Below, one piece after another: positions 25,701-39,394 of a DNA stretch of 42,508 nucleotides (position 1 is its first letter; each line of letters starts with the position of its first letter). This stretch comes from Eledone cirrhosa (lineage: Eukaryota): contig CAXHJY010001434.1 of NCBI GenBank assembly GCA_964016885.1, positions 1 to 42,508 of the forward strand, written 5' to 3'. The notes beneath the pieces were generated by a model. It had not been told where the DNA came from and searched no databases. It was given only the letters and a program-made list of their open reading frames with translations. The position numbers and the translations under genes were made by a program.

Positions 25701-25911
25701 CTCTAGCAGACCCTCCTCTCCATCTAGTCTCTTGCACACAGCATACATCAACTTCCTTTCGCTCTAGCATTTCTACGATTTCTCCTGCTCTTCCTTTCAT
25801 CGAGCCTACATTGATGGTACCAACTCGGAGTTTTGGGCATTTGTCGACACTCGTAGGGGAGGGTCTCTGGGTTGGCGCTTCACGTGGGTGCTTGGTAGCT
25901 CGCAGATTCAT
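22792..25911 (-). CDS. RTE ORF (1039 aa): APE endonuclease, reverse transcriptase and inserted PHD-type finger
   Basis: EN motifs GTINVGS, VQETRW, SAYAP, GDFN, LDFIL, SQH; RT motifs [36 protein letters not shown]; C-terminal GRPKMTW. Confidence 0.96.
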   Translation of the reverse strand: MNLRATKHPREAPTQRPSPTSVDKCPKLRVGTINVGSMKGRAGEIVEMLERKEVDVCCVQETRWRGGSARVLVGKSQCYKFFWVGNDDGMGGVGILLADKWVDKVISVYRVNARIIKLRLVLNKTITTIISAYAPQSGLPDELKDRFYESLIHTTALTDDKDFLIIAGDFNGHVGKHCDGFNRVYGGHGVGTRNEEGFRLLEFCDANDMSICNTNFKKPDNHLITYRSGEHSSQLDFILIRGRDRWTVVNTKAFPSEECTSQHSLVVSDLTVRARRTRKQRPTWRRKIWKLKVPSTSNRFKDILLNAYDSKEEQIETFNVEENWEFLKNNLLEATDEVCGWSKTSSRRRVTWWWNNKVDEAVKAKRQAWKEWKNGGSRVHYIETKREARRQVYLARREAEDRKFKHVLQREDQKQEVFKIARQCVRDSCDVIGEKCIRNDKGEIALTSAEKKDAWKSHYDRLLNEENAWEEETLPQVDPIEGPAVQVSGSVVSKAIRDMKMGKATGPSGIAAEMLKASGSVGHTITTRIVNQVILEGAIPKDWCSSIIVNCYKGKGDALDRGNYRGIKLMDQVMKVTERVIAQLIKDRVNIDEMQFGFVPGRGTTDALFLVRQLQEKYLAKSKPLYLAFVDLEKAFDRVPRAVIWWALRKLGVDEWLVKAVQAMYRGAVSKVRISNEYSEEFSVQVGVHQGSVLSPLLFIIVLQAITEEFKTGCPWELLYADDLALIAESMVELENKFQTWKQGLERKGLKVNMTKTKVLVSRRENRTQIPSGKWPCSVCRKGVGRNSILCPKCKQWVHKRCSGISGSLIKNVGFTCSSCAETASKQPQETSTTNLWEGPVETVDSFCYLGDRISNGGGCSESTITRVRTGWKKFRELLPLLAAKGFSLRMKGRLYDACIRTAMLHGSETWALKVEDLRRLERNEACMLRWMCNSNIRERQSIKELRERLSIRGIKCCVQQRRLRWYGHVMRMKDDSCIKRCRALEVDGNRGVGRPKMTWDEVIKADLTQLHLSKTMTHDRDFWRHAVIQGTRPPMGTC

Positions 25912-26159
25912 ATTTCATCTATTGATTCAGAGTTGCTCAAATGTATTCTCAGCTCATCCATCCATAACGGTGGGAAAATTGAGGGCTAGAAGAACAGTGG
26001 TGGTGGGGTAATGGCAGGGTGTGTTGGGATGCGCCAGAGGAGGAGAGAGTTAGTTAGGCAGGTAGTAGCAGCAGCAGTGGAAATGGCATGCGAGGTTTGA
26101 TTGGTCGAATAGACTATGGTGGTGTGTGGGGGTGGGGGGGAGGGAGTTTGTGAGGTCGG

Positions 26160-26808
26160 AACTGAGGATCGCATGGTAAATAACAGAGAGATACAATAGA
26201 ATTAGAATACCGCATGGTAAATATACAAGTTAATACTACATCAGTAAAATTAACAATAATAACGTCATGAAAACTACCAAGAGAAACCCTCGAAAATTTA
26301 TCGCTAATACAGCAGGGAACATCATAATATTAACAACAATATGTAGGCTAAAATACCTTCGGAGATTAGTGAGAATGGATGGATGGCTGGACAATTGGAA
26401 TCAACTCTAGTGATACATTTTAGCAGAGAAGAATGGGAAAGTGTCTTATCTCTTCAATATTTCAAATTGAATGAATTAGGTTGAATAGGTTAAAGACAGG
26501 GTAGTAAACCTTAAAGAGATGCATAGAGAGGAGGGGGGAGGGGTAGGAACTGAGAGTCGCATGGTAAATAACTGAGAGAGATATAATAGAATTAGAATAC
26601 CGCATGGTAAATATACAAGTTAATACTACATCAGTAAAATTAACAATAATAACGTCATGAAAACTACTAAGAGAAACCCTCGAAAATTTATCGCTAATAC
26701 AGCAGGGAACATCATAATATTAACAACAATATGTAGGCTAAAATACCTTCGGAGATTAGTGAGAATGGATGGATGGCTGGACAATTGGAATCAACTCTAG
26801 TGATACAT
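26160..26808 (-). repeat. Direct repeat with 390-nt period at the 5' end of RTE family B (26160-26418 ~ 26548-26808)
   Basis: A near-identical ~260-nt block ending TCAACTCTAGTGATACAT occurs twice. Confidence 0.92.
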
Positions 26809-26819
26809 ATATATATGTA

Positions 26820-26896
<77 letters not shown>

Positions 26897-26950
26897 GTAT
26901 ACATATATATATACACATATATATATATACAAATATATATATTTATATAC

Positions 26951-26981
<31 letters not shown>

Positions 26982-27058
26982 CATATATATATATACATAC
27001 ATATATACATACATATATACATATATATATATATACATATATATATATACATATATAC

Positions 27059-27107
<49 letters not shown>

Positions 27108-27196
27108 CATATATACATATATATATATACATATATACATATATATATATATATACACATATATATATATATATATACATATATATACATATATAC

Positions 27197-27229
<33 letters not shown>

Positions 27230-27244
27230 GATACATATATATAT

Positions 27245-27275
<31 letters not shown>

Positions 27276-27298
27276 GATACATATATACATATATATAT

Positions 27299-27329
<31 letters not shown>

Positions 27330-27384
27330 TAGATACATATATACATATATATATATACATATATACATATATATACATATATAC

Positions 27385-27461
<77 letters not shown>

Positions 27462-27494
27462 CATATATACATATATATATATATACATATATAC

Positions 27495-27525
<31 letters not shown>

Positions 27526-27646
27526 CATATATATATACATATATACATATATATATACATATATATATATATATACATATATATACATATATATATATAC
27601 ATACATATATATATATACATATATATATATATACATATATATATAC

Positions 27647-27677
<31 letters not shown>

Positions 27678-27736
27678 CATATATATTTACATATATATAT
27701 ACATATATATATACATATATATATACATATATATAT
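26809..27736. repeat. Interrupted (TA)n array
   Basis: Read directly. Confidence 0.97.
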
Positions 27737-28133
27737 AAAATATTAAACAAATAATGAATAAACAATTCCTTATATTAAACAAAAAAAGTTCATTATTTAA
27801 CGATCGTTTCTAGGATATATATGTGTTAGAGTTGGCATGCATATTCAACAGATCTATGTACAAAATTATACAAAATTATACAAACTATCAAGATTAAATA
27901 TACATACCAACACAAACTCTTGGTAGATTTATCTACATATATATATATATATATTTACATATATATATATATATACATATATATTTACATATATATATAC
28001 ATATATATATATACATATATATATACATATATATATATATACGTATATATATACATATATATATACATATATATATATATACATATATATATATACATAC
28101 ATATATATATAGGTTAATACATATATATAAAGG

Positions 28134-28320
28134 CTGATGAAAACAAATATTATTGCATGATGATATTTGTTTTTGAAATGTGCATAATAAAATACATGGA
28201 ACTCCTTTAACCATCTTTTGTTCTTATATATTATGTATACTCCAGTCCTACAAACTGTAGAGTGCTTTTTATCCGATATCTGCATTGCTTTATTGTACTA
28301 CAATAAAACTCGCCTCCTAC
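28134..28320 (+). mobile_element. Solo ~190-bp 3'-end fragment of the Penelope-like element at 8920-10405, starting at the hammerhead core
   Basis: Reverse complement of 8920-9107 with a few substitutions; CTGATGA..GAAATGTGCATA; flanked by (TA)n. Confidence 0.88.
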
Positions 28321-28330
28321 ATATATATAC

Positions 28331-28365
<35 letters not shown>

Positions 28366-28417
28366 CATACATATATATATATATATATACATATATATAT
28401 ACATATATATATACATA

Positions 28418-29248
28418 TTTATTCAGGTTTGTGGTTCACCACTGTATAGAGCTGGTCTATTCCGTATGGTCAATCGTAATGTAATAATATAGAGAGTACT
28501 CAACATAAAGCAGTTCAACCGTCTTTGTTTTTGTAGTTGGTGGTGCTATTACGGAGTTAAATATTATAATGAAATGATAGGAGCCTGGATTTGTGTAAAT
28601 CCTTGAAAGGTTTATTATACTATGATCATTTCAATGACCGGCTTCCATATGAATCCGGTGATATCATCAGGTATTCGAAATATAATACGTGAATGTAACA
28701 GATAAAATCCATGGGGCTGAAAATCGAGGACCTGAGGGCGACCGCTATCTTGCACCCTCTATCTTAGCCGGTCGCCCTCGAGTGACGTGGCTAAGGCTCA
28801 CAGTGTGCTACTACCGGTCAGATAAAGGAAAACAGAAAGGGATGGGAACATAAGTTACAAGACAAAAGAAAGAAAGAAAGGAAGGAGAGAGAAGAAGGGG
28901 GAAGGAAGAAGAGGAGAAGCCTTATTTATATATTAATATATTTATATATTTATACCTTTGCTTTATCAATGTGCTTTTCCACGTATTCCACTTCTATGTA
29001 TCCATGTATTTCTACTCCTCCTATTGGGACTTTTGCTCACTTGTCCCCATTAGCACACGACACTAGAATGTCTCCCCCTGAGAACAAAAATAAATATTAC
29101 CCGACTATATCCCGTACTCTACATGCGACTAGGATAAATTATAGATCTACATAATACAACACTGTACGGCGTAAATCAGGCTGTCCGTTTGTTTACAAAC
29201 GAACAAAGCGAGCATTATAATAAATGTTCGGTAAACTGATACGTGCAT
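28418..29248 (-). mobile_element. Non-coding hammerhead-bearing island (probable Penelope-like 3' UTR/pseudo-LTR or non-autonomous element)
   Basis: Hammerhead at 28617-28674 followed by AATAAA, GC-rich hairpin, purine tract; TA on both sides. Confidence 0.6.
28617..28674 (-). ncRNA. Type I hammerhead ribozyme
   Basis: ATAC-CTGATGA-tatcACCGGattcatatggaagCCGGTcatt-GAA-ATGATCAT-A-GTAT; palindromic stem III; AUA triplet. Confidence 0.83.
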
Positions 29249-29262
29249 ATATATATGTGTGC

Positions 29263-29312
<50 letters not shown>

Positions 29313-29484
29313 GCTACTGTACGTCTGTATACATATATGTATGTACGTATACATACATACTTGCATTTAAGTAAGTGCCGTACTAAGAGTGAGAAATGAA
29401 ATTTCGTTTCATTCTATTCCATTTATACATATATATATATACATATATATATATACATATACATATACATATATATACATATAC

Positions 29485-29515
<31 letters not shown>

Positions 29516-29533
29516 CATATATACATATATATA

Positions 29534-29617
29534 CAAGTGGGAAAACCCTCCGTCCAAACCCATGCAAGCGTGGAACACGGACGTTAAATGATGATGATGA
29601 TGATGATGATGATATAC

Positions 29618-29674
<57 letters not shown>

Positions 29675-29772
29675 CATATATACATATATATACAAGTGGG
29701 AAAACCCTCCGTCCAAACCCATGCAAGCGTGGAACACGGACGTTAAATGATGATGATGATGATGATGATGAT
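29534..29772 (+). mobile_element. Two tandem ~80-bp 3'-terminal stubs of RTE family A with (GAT)n tails (159-nt period)
   Basis: CAAGTGGGAAAACCCTCCGTCCAAACCCATGCAAGCGTGGAACACGGACGTTAAA(TGA)n at 29534 and 29693. Confidence 0.92.
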
Positions 29773-31246
<1,474 letters not shown>

Positions 31247-31344
31247 GGAACGATCGACTTTCGTCAAATCGAACCGAGGGAACACTTTTTCCGTTGGTCT
31301 TTCCAATTGCTAATAGTATCTATCGGTCGCAACTCCAGGTAGAA

Positions 31345-31461
31345 GGAGCAACGTGAAATAAAGTGTCTTGCTCAAGGACATAACGCATCGCCTGGTCCAG
31401 GAATCGAACTCACAACCTTACTATTGCAAATCCAATTCTCTAACCACTCAGCCACACGCCT

Positions 31462-31465
<4 letters not shown>
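31345..31465 (-). mobile_element. 5' part of a tRNA-derived SINE
   Basis: Pol III A box TGGCTGAGTGG and B box GAGTTCGATTCC, followed by the SINE-type body GTCCTTGAGCAAGACACTT. Confidence 0.85.
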
Positions 31466-31517
<52 letters not shown>

Positions 31518-31608
31518 TACATATATATATACATATATATATACATATATACATATATATATACACATATATATACATATATATATACACATGTATATAC
31601 ACATATAT

Positions 31609-31639
<31 letters not shown>

Positions 31640-31644
31640 CAAAT

Positions 31645-34194
31645 GAGGAGTCAATTAAGGCCAAAAAGCAGGCTTGGAAAGTATGGCGGGATGGGGGAAG
31701 TAGAGAAGACTATCAAGTGGCCAGGAGGGAAGCTAGGAGACAAGTGTACTTCGCAAGAAGGGAAGCAGAGGAAAGAAAGTTCAAGCATGTTCTACAACGT
31801 GAGGACCAAAAACGTGAGGTGTTCAGGATTGCCAGGCAATGTGTCAAGGAAAACCGTGATATTGTCGGGGAGAAGTGTGTACTTAACGATGATGGCATAC
31901 TTGCCATCACCGACGCTGATAAGAAGGTAGCTTGGAAGTGTCACTACGAAAGGCTTCTAAATGAGGAGAACAAATGGGAGAAAGACAGTCTCCCCCAGAT
32001 CGATCCAATAGAGGGACCAGCAGTGTTAGTTGAAGGTAGTATAATAAGTAAGGCAATCAAAGATATGAAGACGGGTAAGGCGGCTGGGCCTTCGGAAATA
32101 GTTGCTGAGATGCTGAAGGCATCTGGTTCGGTGGGACACACCATGGTCACCCGGATAGTTAACCAAGTCGTACAGAATGGGGTTGTTCCGAAGGAATGGC
32201 GTAGCAGCATCATCGTTAACTGCTATAAGGGAAAAGGAGATGCCCTAGATAGGAGTAACTATAGAGGCATTAAATTAATCGACCAGGTCATGAAGGTCAC
32301 GGAAAAAGTAATAGCGCAACTAATCAGAGAGAGAATTGATCTAGATGAAATGCAGTTCGGGTTTGTGTCAGGCAAAAGTACCACAGACGCTCTTTTCATT
32401 GTACGACAACTACAGGAGAAGTACCTAGCTAAAAGTAAACCCCTATACTTAGCTTTCGTCGACTTGGAGAAAGCCTTCGACAGAGTCCCCCGTTCCATTA
32501 TCTGGTGGTCTCTTAGAAAACTAGGTGTTGACGAATGGCTTGTGAGAGCTATACAAGCCATGTATAAAGAAACAGTCAGTAAGGTTAGAATTAACAACGA
32601 ATATAGTGAAGAGTTTAGCGTAAAAGTTGGTGTCCATCAGGGCTCTGTTCTTAGCCCCCTACTATTTATTATTGCCCTTCAGGCTATAACAGAGGAGTTC
32701 AAGACCGGCTGCCCATGGGAACTCCTATACGCAGATGATCTAACGCTCATAGCTGAATCAATGACCGAACTAGAGAAGAAATTCCAAACGTGGAAGCACG
32801 GCCTAGAATCAAAAGGCCTTAAAATTAACCTGGCTAAGACTAAAGTTCTAGTTTGTAGGAAAGAAAATAAGGCGGCGGTCCCATCGGGGAAATGCCCATG
32901 CTCAGTGTGTAGGAAAGGCGTAGGTAGAAACTCCATTTTATGTCCCAAATGCAAAGTATGGGTGCATAAAAGATGTAGTGGGATCACAGGTAAGCTAACT
33001 AAGAACATAGATTTTACATGTGGCCGGTGCTCTGGTGCAATAAGTAGCAGCAAGTGCCCACAAAATACTAGCTCCTTCAACTGCGCAGAGGGTTCTATAG
33101 AAATAGTGGACAGCTTCCGTTATCTGGGTGACAAAATCAGCAGTGGGGGAGGGTGCTCTGAAAGTACAGTAGCTAGAGTCAGAACTGGATGGAAAAAGTT
33201 CAGAGAGCTTATACCACTATTAGCCGCTAGAGGGTTCTCCCTAAAAATGAAAGGCAGGTCATACGATGCCTGCATACGAACAGCAATGCTGCATGGCAGT
33301 GAGACCTGGGCATTGTGTGCAGAGGATATACGCAGACTAGAGAGGAACGAAGCTTGCATGCTCCGCTGGATGTGCAATAGTAATATACGTGAACGGCAAA
33401 GCATAAACGAACTAAGGAAAAAATTAGAAATAAGAGGGATCAGATGTTGTTTACTCGAGAGAAGGCTACGTTGGTACGGTCACGTGATGCGCATGAAAGA
33501 CGACAGCTGTATAACAAAGTGCAGGGCAATAAAGATAAGACGGTAGCCACGGAGTAGGCAGACCCAGAAAAACATGGGACGAGCTGATAAATTCCGACCT
33601 CACACGCTTACACCTCTCCAAGACAATGTCACTGGACCGAGACCTTTGGCGGTACTCAGTAATAGAGAAGACCCGCCTTACCTAAATACAAAGTAAAAAC
33701 CTACTACAGTCAGTAGGCATCTCTATCAAAACACACCCCCGTCCCACCACCCTCCACCCCACCCACACCGCCCCTTTCAATGTAAAGTTATGTTGGTCCC
33801 ACAACATCCAGGCCGAAACAAATGAGATCGTGTAGGTGTCACGACAAAAAACACACAGTCCACGCTGTAAATGTGGCCGTGTAGGCAACACGGTAAAAAC
33901 CTCCCAGCCCCACACTGTAAATGTGGTTGGTGTTAGGAAGGGCATCCAGCTGTAGAAAACCCGCCAGACAGTCCACGCTGTAATGTGGCCGTGTAGGCAA
34001 CACGGTAAAAACCTCCCAGCCCCACACTGTAAATGTGGTTGGTGTTAGGAAGGGCATCCAACTGTAGAAAACCCGCCAGACAGTCCTATGCGAGCAAGAC
34101 AACCACTCTTGCCTCAAGTGGGAAAACCCCCGTCCAAACCCATGCAAGCGTGGAACACGGACGCTAAACCTGATGATGATGATGATGATGATGA
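31645..34194 (+). mobile_element. RTE family A copy 4. 5'-truncated; RT intact; +1 frameshift near 33538; duplicated 3' UTR unit; (GAT)n tail
   Basis: ORF 31591-33546 (real from SIKAKKQAW), YADD, tail at 34172-34194. Confidence 0.96.
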
Positions 34195-34319
34195 TATACA
34201 TATATATATATATACAAATATATAGATATATATATACATATACATATATATATACAAATATATACATATATATATATATATACATATACAAATATATACA
34301 TATATATATATACATATAC

Positions 34320-34354
<35 letters not shown>

Positions 34355-34478
34355 CAAATATATACATATATATATATACAAATATATACATATATATATA
34401 CATATACATATATACGTATACATATATATATACATATACATATATATACATATATATATATATGCATATATATATATA
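34195..34478. repeat. (TA)n spacer between tail-to-tail RTE copies
   Basis: Read directly. Confidence 0.95.
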
Positions 34479-36419
34479 CATCATCATCATCATCAACGTT
34501 TAACATCTGTGTTCCACGCTTGCATGGGTTTGGACGGGGGTTTTCCCACTTGAGGCAAGAATGATTGTCTTGCTCGCATAGGACTGTCTGGCGGGTTTTC
34601 TACAGCTGGATGCTCTTCCTAACACCAACCACATTTACAGTGTGGGGCTGGGAGGTTTTTACCGTGTTGCCTACACGGCCACATTACAGCGTGGACTGTC
34701 TGGCGGGTTTTCTACAGCTGGATGCCCTTCCTAACACCAACCACATTTACAGTGTGGGGCTGGGAGGTTTTTACCGTGTTGCCTACACGGCCACATTACA
34801 GCGTGGACTGTGTGTTTTTTTGTCGTGACACCTACACGATCTCATTTGTTTCGGCCTGGATGTTCCAACATAACTTTACATTGAAGGGGCGGTGTGGATG
34901 GGGTGGGGGTGGTTGGACGGGGGTGTATTTTGTTAGAGATGCCTACTGGCTGTAGTAGGTTTTACTATGTATTTAGGTAAGGCGGGTCTTCTCTGTTACT
35001 GAGTACCGCCAAAGGTCTCGGTCCAGTGACATTGTCTTGGAGAGGTGTAAGTGTGTGAGGTCGGAATTTATCAGCTCGTCCCAGGTTTTTCTGGCTCTGC
35101 CTACTCCGTGGCTACCATCTATCTTTATTGCCCTGCACTTTGTTATACAGCTGTCGTCTTTCATGCGCATCACGTGACCATACCAACGTAGCCTTCTCTC
35201 GAGTAAACAACATCTGATCCCTCTTATTTCTAATTTTTTCCTTAGTTCGTTTATGCTTTGCCGTTCACGTATATTACTATTGCACATCCAGCGGAGCATG
35301 CAAGCTTCGTTCCTCTCTAGTCTGCGTATATCCTCTGCACACAATGCCCAGGTCTCACTGCCATGCAACATTGGTGTTCGTATGCAGGCATCATACAACC
35401 TGCCTTTCATTTTTAGGGAGAACACTTTAGCGGCTAATAGTGGTATAAGCTCTCTGAACTTTTTCCATCCAGTTCTGACTCTAGCTACTGTACTTTCAGA
35501 GCACCCTCCCCCACTGCTGATTTTGTCACCCAGGTAATGGAAGCTGTCCACTATTTCTATAGAACCCTCTGCGAAATTGAAAGAGCTAGTATTTTGTGGG
35601 CACTTGCTGCTACTTATTGCACCAGAGCACCAGCCACATGTAAAATCTGTGTTCTTAGTTAGCTTACCTGTGATCCCACTACATCTTTTATGCACCCATA
35701 CTTTGCCTTTGGGACATAAAATGGAGTTTCTACCTACGCCTTTCCTAGACACTGAGCATGGCCATTTCCCGGAAGGGACCGGCGCCTTATTTTCTCTCCT
35801 ACAAACTAGAACTTTAGTCTTAGCCAGGTTAATTTTAAGGCCTTTTGATTCTAGGCCGTAGTTCCATGTTTGGAATTTCTTCTCTAGCTCGGCCATTGAT
35901 TCAGCTATGAGCGTTAGATCATCTGCTTATAGGAGTTCCCATGGGCAGCCGGTCTTGAACTCCTCTGTTATAGCCTGAAGGGCAATAATAAATAGTAGGG
36001 GGCTAAGAACAGAGCCCTGATGGACACCAACTTTTACACTAAACTCTTCACTATATTCGTTGTTAATTCTAACCTTGCTGACTGTTTCTTTATACATGGC
36101 TTGTATAGCTCTCACAAGCCATTCGACAACACCTAGTTTTCTAAGAGCCCACCAGATAATGGAACGGGGGACTCTGTCGAATGCTTTCTCCAAGTCGACA
36201 AAAGCTAAGTATAGGGGTTTACTTTTAGCTAGGTACTTCTCCTGTAGTTGTCGTACAATGAAAAGAGCGTCTGTGGTACTTTTGCCTGACACAAACCCGA
36301 ACTGCATTTCATCTAGATCAATTCTCTCTCTGATTAGTTGCGCTATTACTTTTTCCGTGACCTTCATGACCTGGTCGATTAATTTAATGCCTCTATAGTT
36401 ACTCCTATCTTGGGCATCT
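34479..36419 (-). mobile_element. RTE family A copy 5. 5'-truncated; nonsense mutation at the Y of YADD; PHD cysteines mutated
   Basis: ORFs 35927-36601 (real from DRSNYRG) and 34973-35896 are separated by TAA at 35927-35929; (ATC)n tail at 34479-34494. Confidence 0.95.
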
Positions 36420-36488
36420 ACATATGCATACTGAAATACTAGTGTGTATATGAATACACACACGTATACATATGTATACATATGTATA

Positions 36489-37242
36489 TGGCTTTCTGGA
36501 GAATAGAGGGAAGGTGTTTCCTCGAAAACCAGTATGACTCTAAAAACCGGTTTGTCTGTGTGTTTACATACAGAATAGCTGGGTTGCTCACAGTAAAGCA
36601 ACCAGTGAAAGACTTGTTACATCTACATATGTATACGTGTGTGTATTCATATACACACTAGTATTTCAGTATGCATATGTAGATGTACATTTTTAACTTA
36701 ATTGTTTAAGCGTCAGTCATACAAAAGTGAGTTACAAACGAAACGAAATTTAATTTCGTTTCGTTATTTGTTTTTATCGTCTCCGCTGAACCGGTGCGTA
36801 CTCACACTCTATGCAAATTAGTCTGCCCACTACTAATTTTCATAGAAAAAGCATATAACGATATGTACTTTTACAATTCTCCAGAAAGGCCGGTAGATAG
36901 GTAAATATTGCTGATGAGTTGTAACAACAACGAAACTAGTTCAATATTCCTTGTCTGGCTTTCTGTAGAATAGAGGGAAGGTGTTTCCTCGAAAACCAGT
37001 ATGACTCTAAAAACCGGTTTGTCTGTGTGTTTACATACAGAATAGCTGGGTTGCTCACAGTAAAGCAACCAGTGAAAGACTTGTTACATCTACATATGTA
37101 TACGTGTGTGTATTCATATACACACTAGTATTTCAGTATGCATATGTAGAGGTACATTTTTAACTTAATTGTTTAAGCGTCAGTCATACAAAAGTGAGTT
37201 ACAAACGAAACGAAATTTAATTTTGTTTCGTTATTTGTTTTT
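36489..37242 (+). mobile_element. Partial-tandem hammerhead element with 467-bp period (Penelope pseudo-LTR or retrozyme-like)
   Basis: 36489-36776 ~ 36956-37242; hammerhead at 36904-36948; 3' end joined to (TA)n; inverted fragment at 36415-36476. Confidence 0.78.
36904..36948 (+). ncRNA. Minimal type I hammerhead ribozyme
   Basis: AATATTG-CTGATGA-GTTGTaacaACAAC-GAA-ACTAGT-T-CAATATT: 7-bp stem I, 5-bp stem II, palindromic stem III, GUU triplet. Confidence 0.88.

Positions 37243-39394
<2,152 letters not shown>

Larger units (their letters stand above)
22490..26808 (-). mobile_element. Apparently full-length RTE-clade LINE, family B
   Basis: ~900-nt 5' region with tandem monomers, single intact ORF, ~280-nt 3' UTR, (GAT)n tail; both ends in (TA)n. 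Confidence 0.93.

Noticed and set aside
25912-26160. HDV-like ribozyme or separate ORF1 in the family B 5' UTR
   Set aside because: I could not build the double pseudoknot by eye, and the 62-aa ORF at 25986-26174 is low-complexity with no recognisable motif
31375-31465. tRNA gene
   Set aside because: A and B boxes are present, but there is no convincing acceptor stem and it continues into a SINE body
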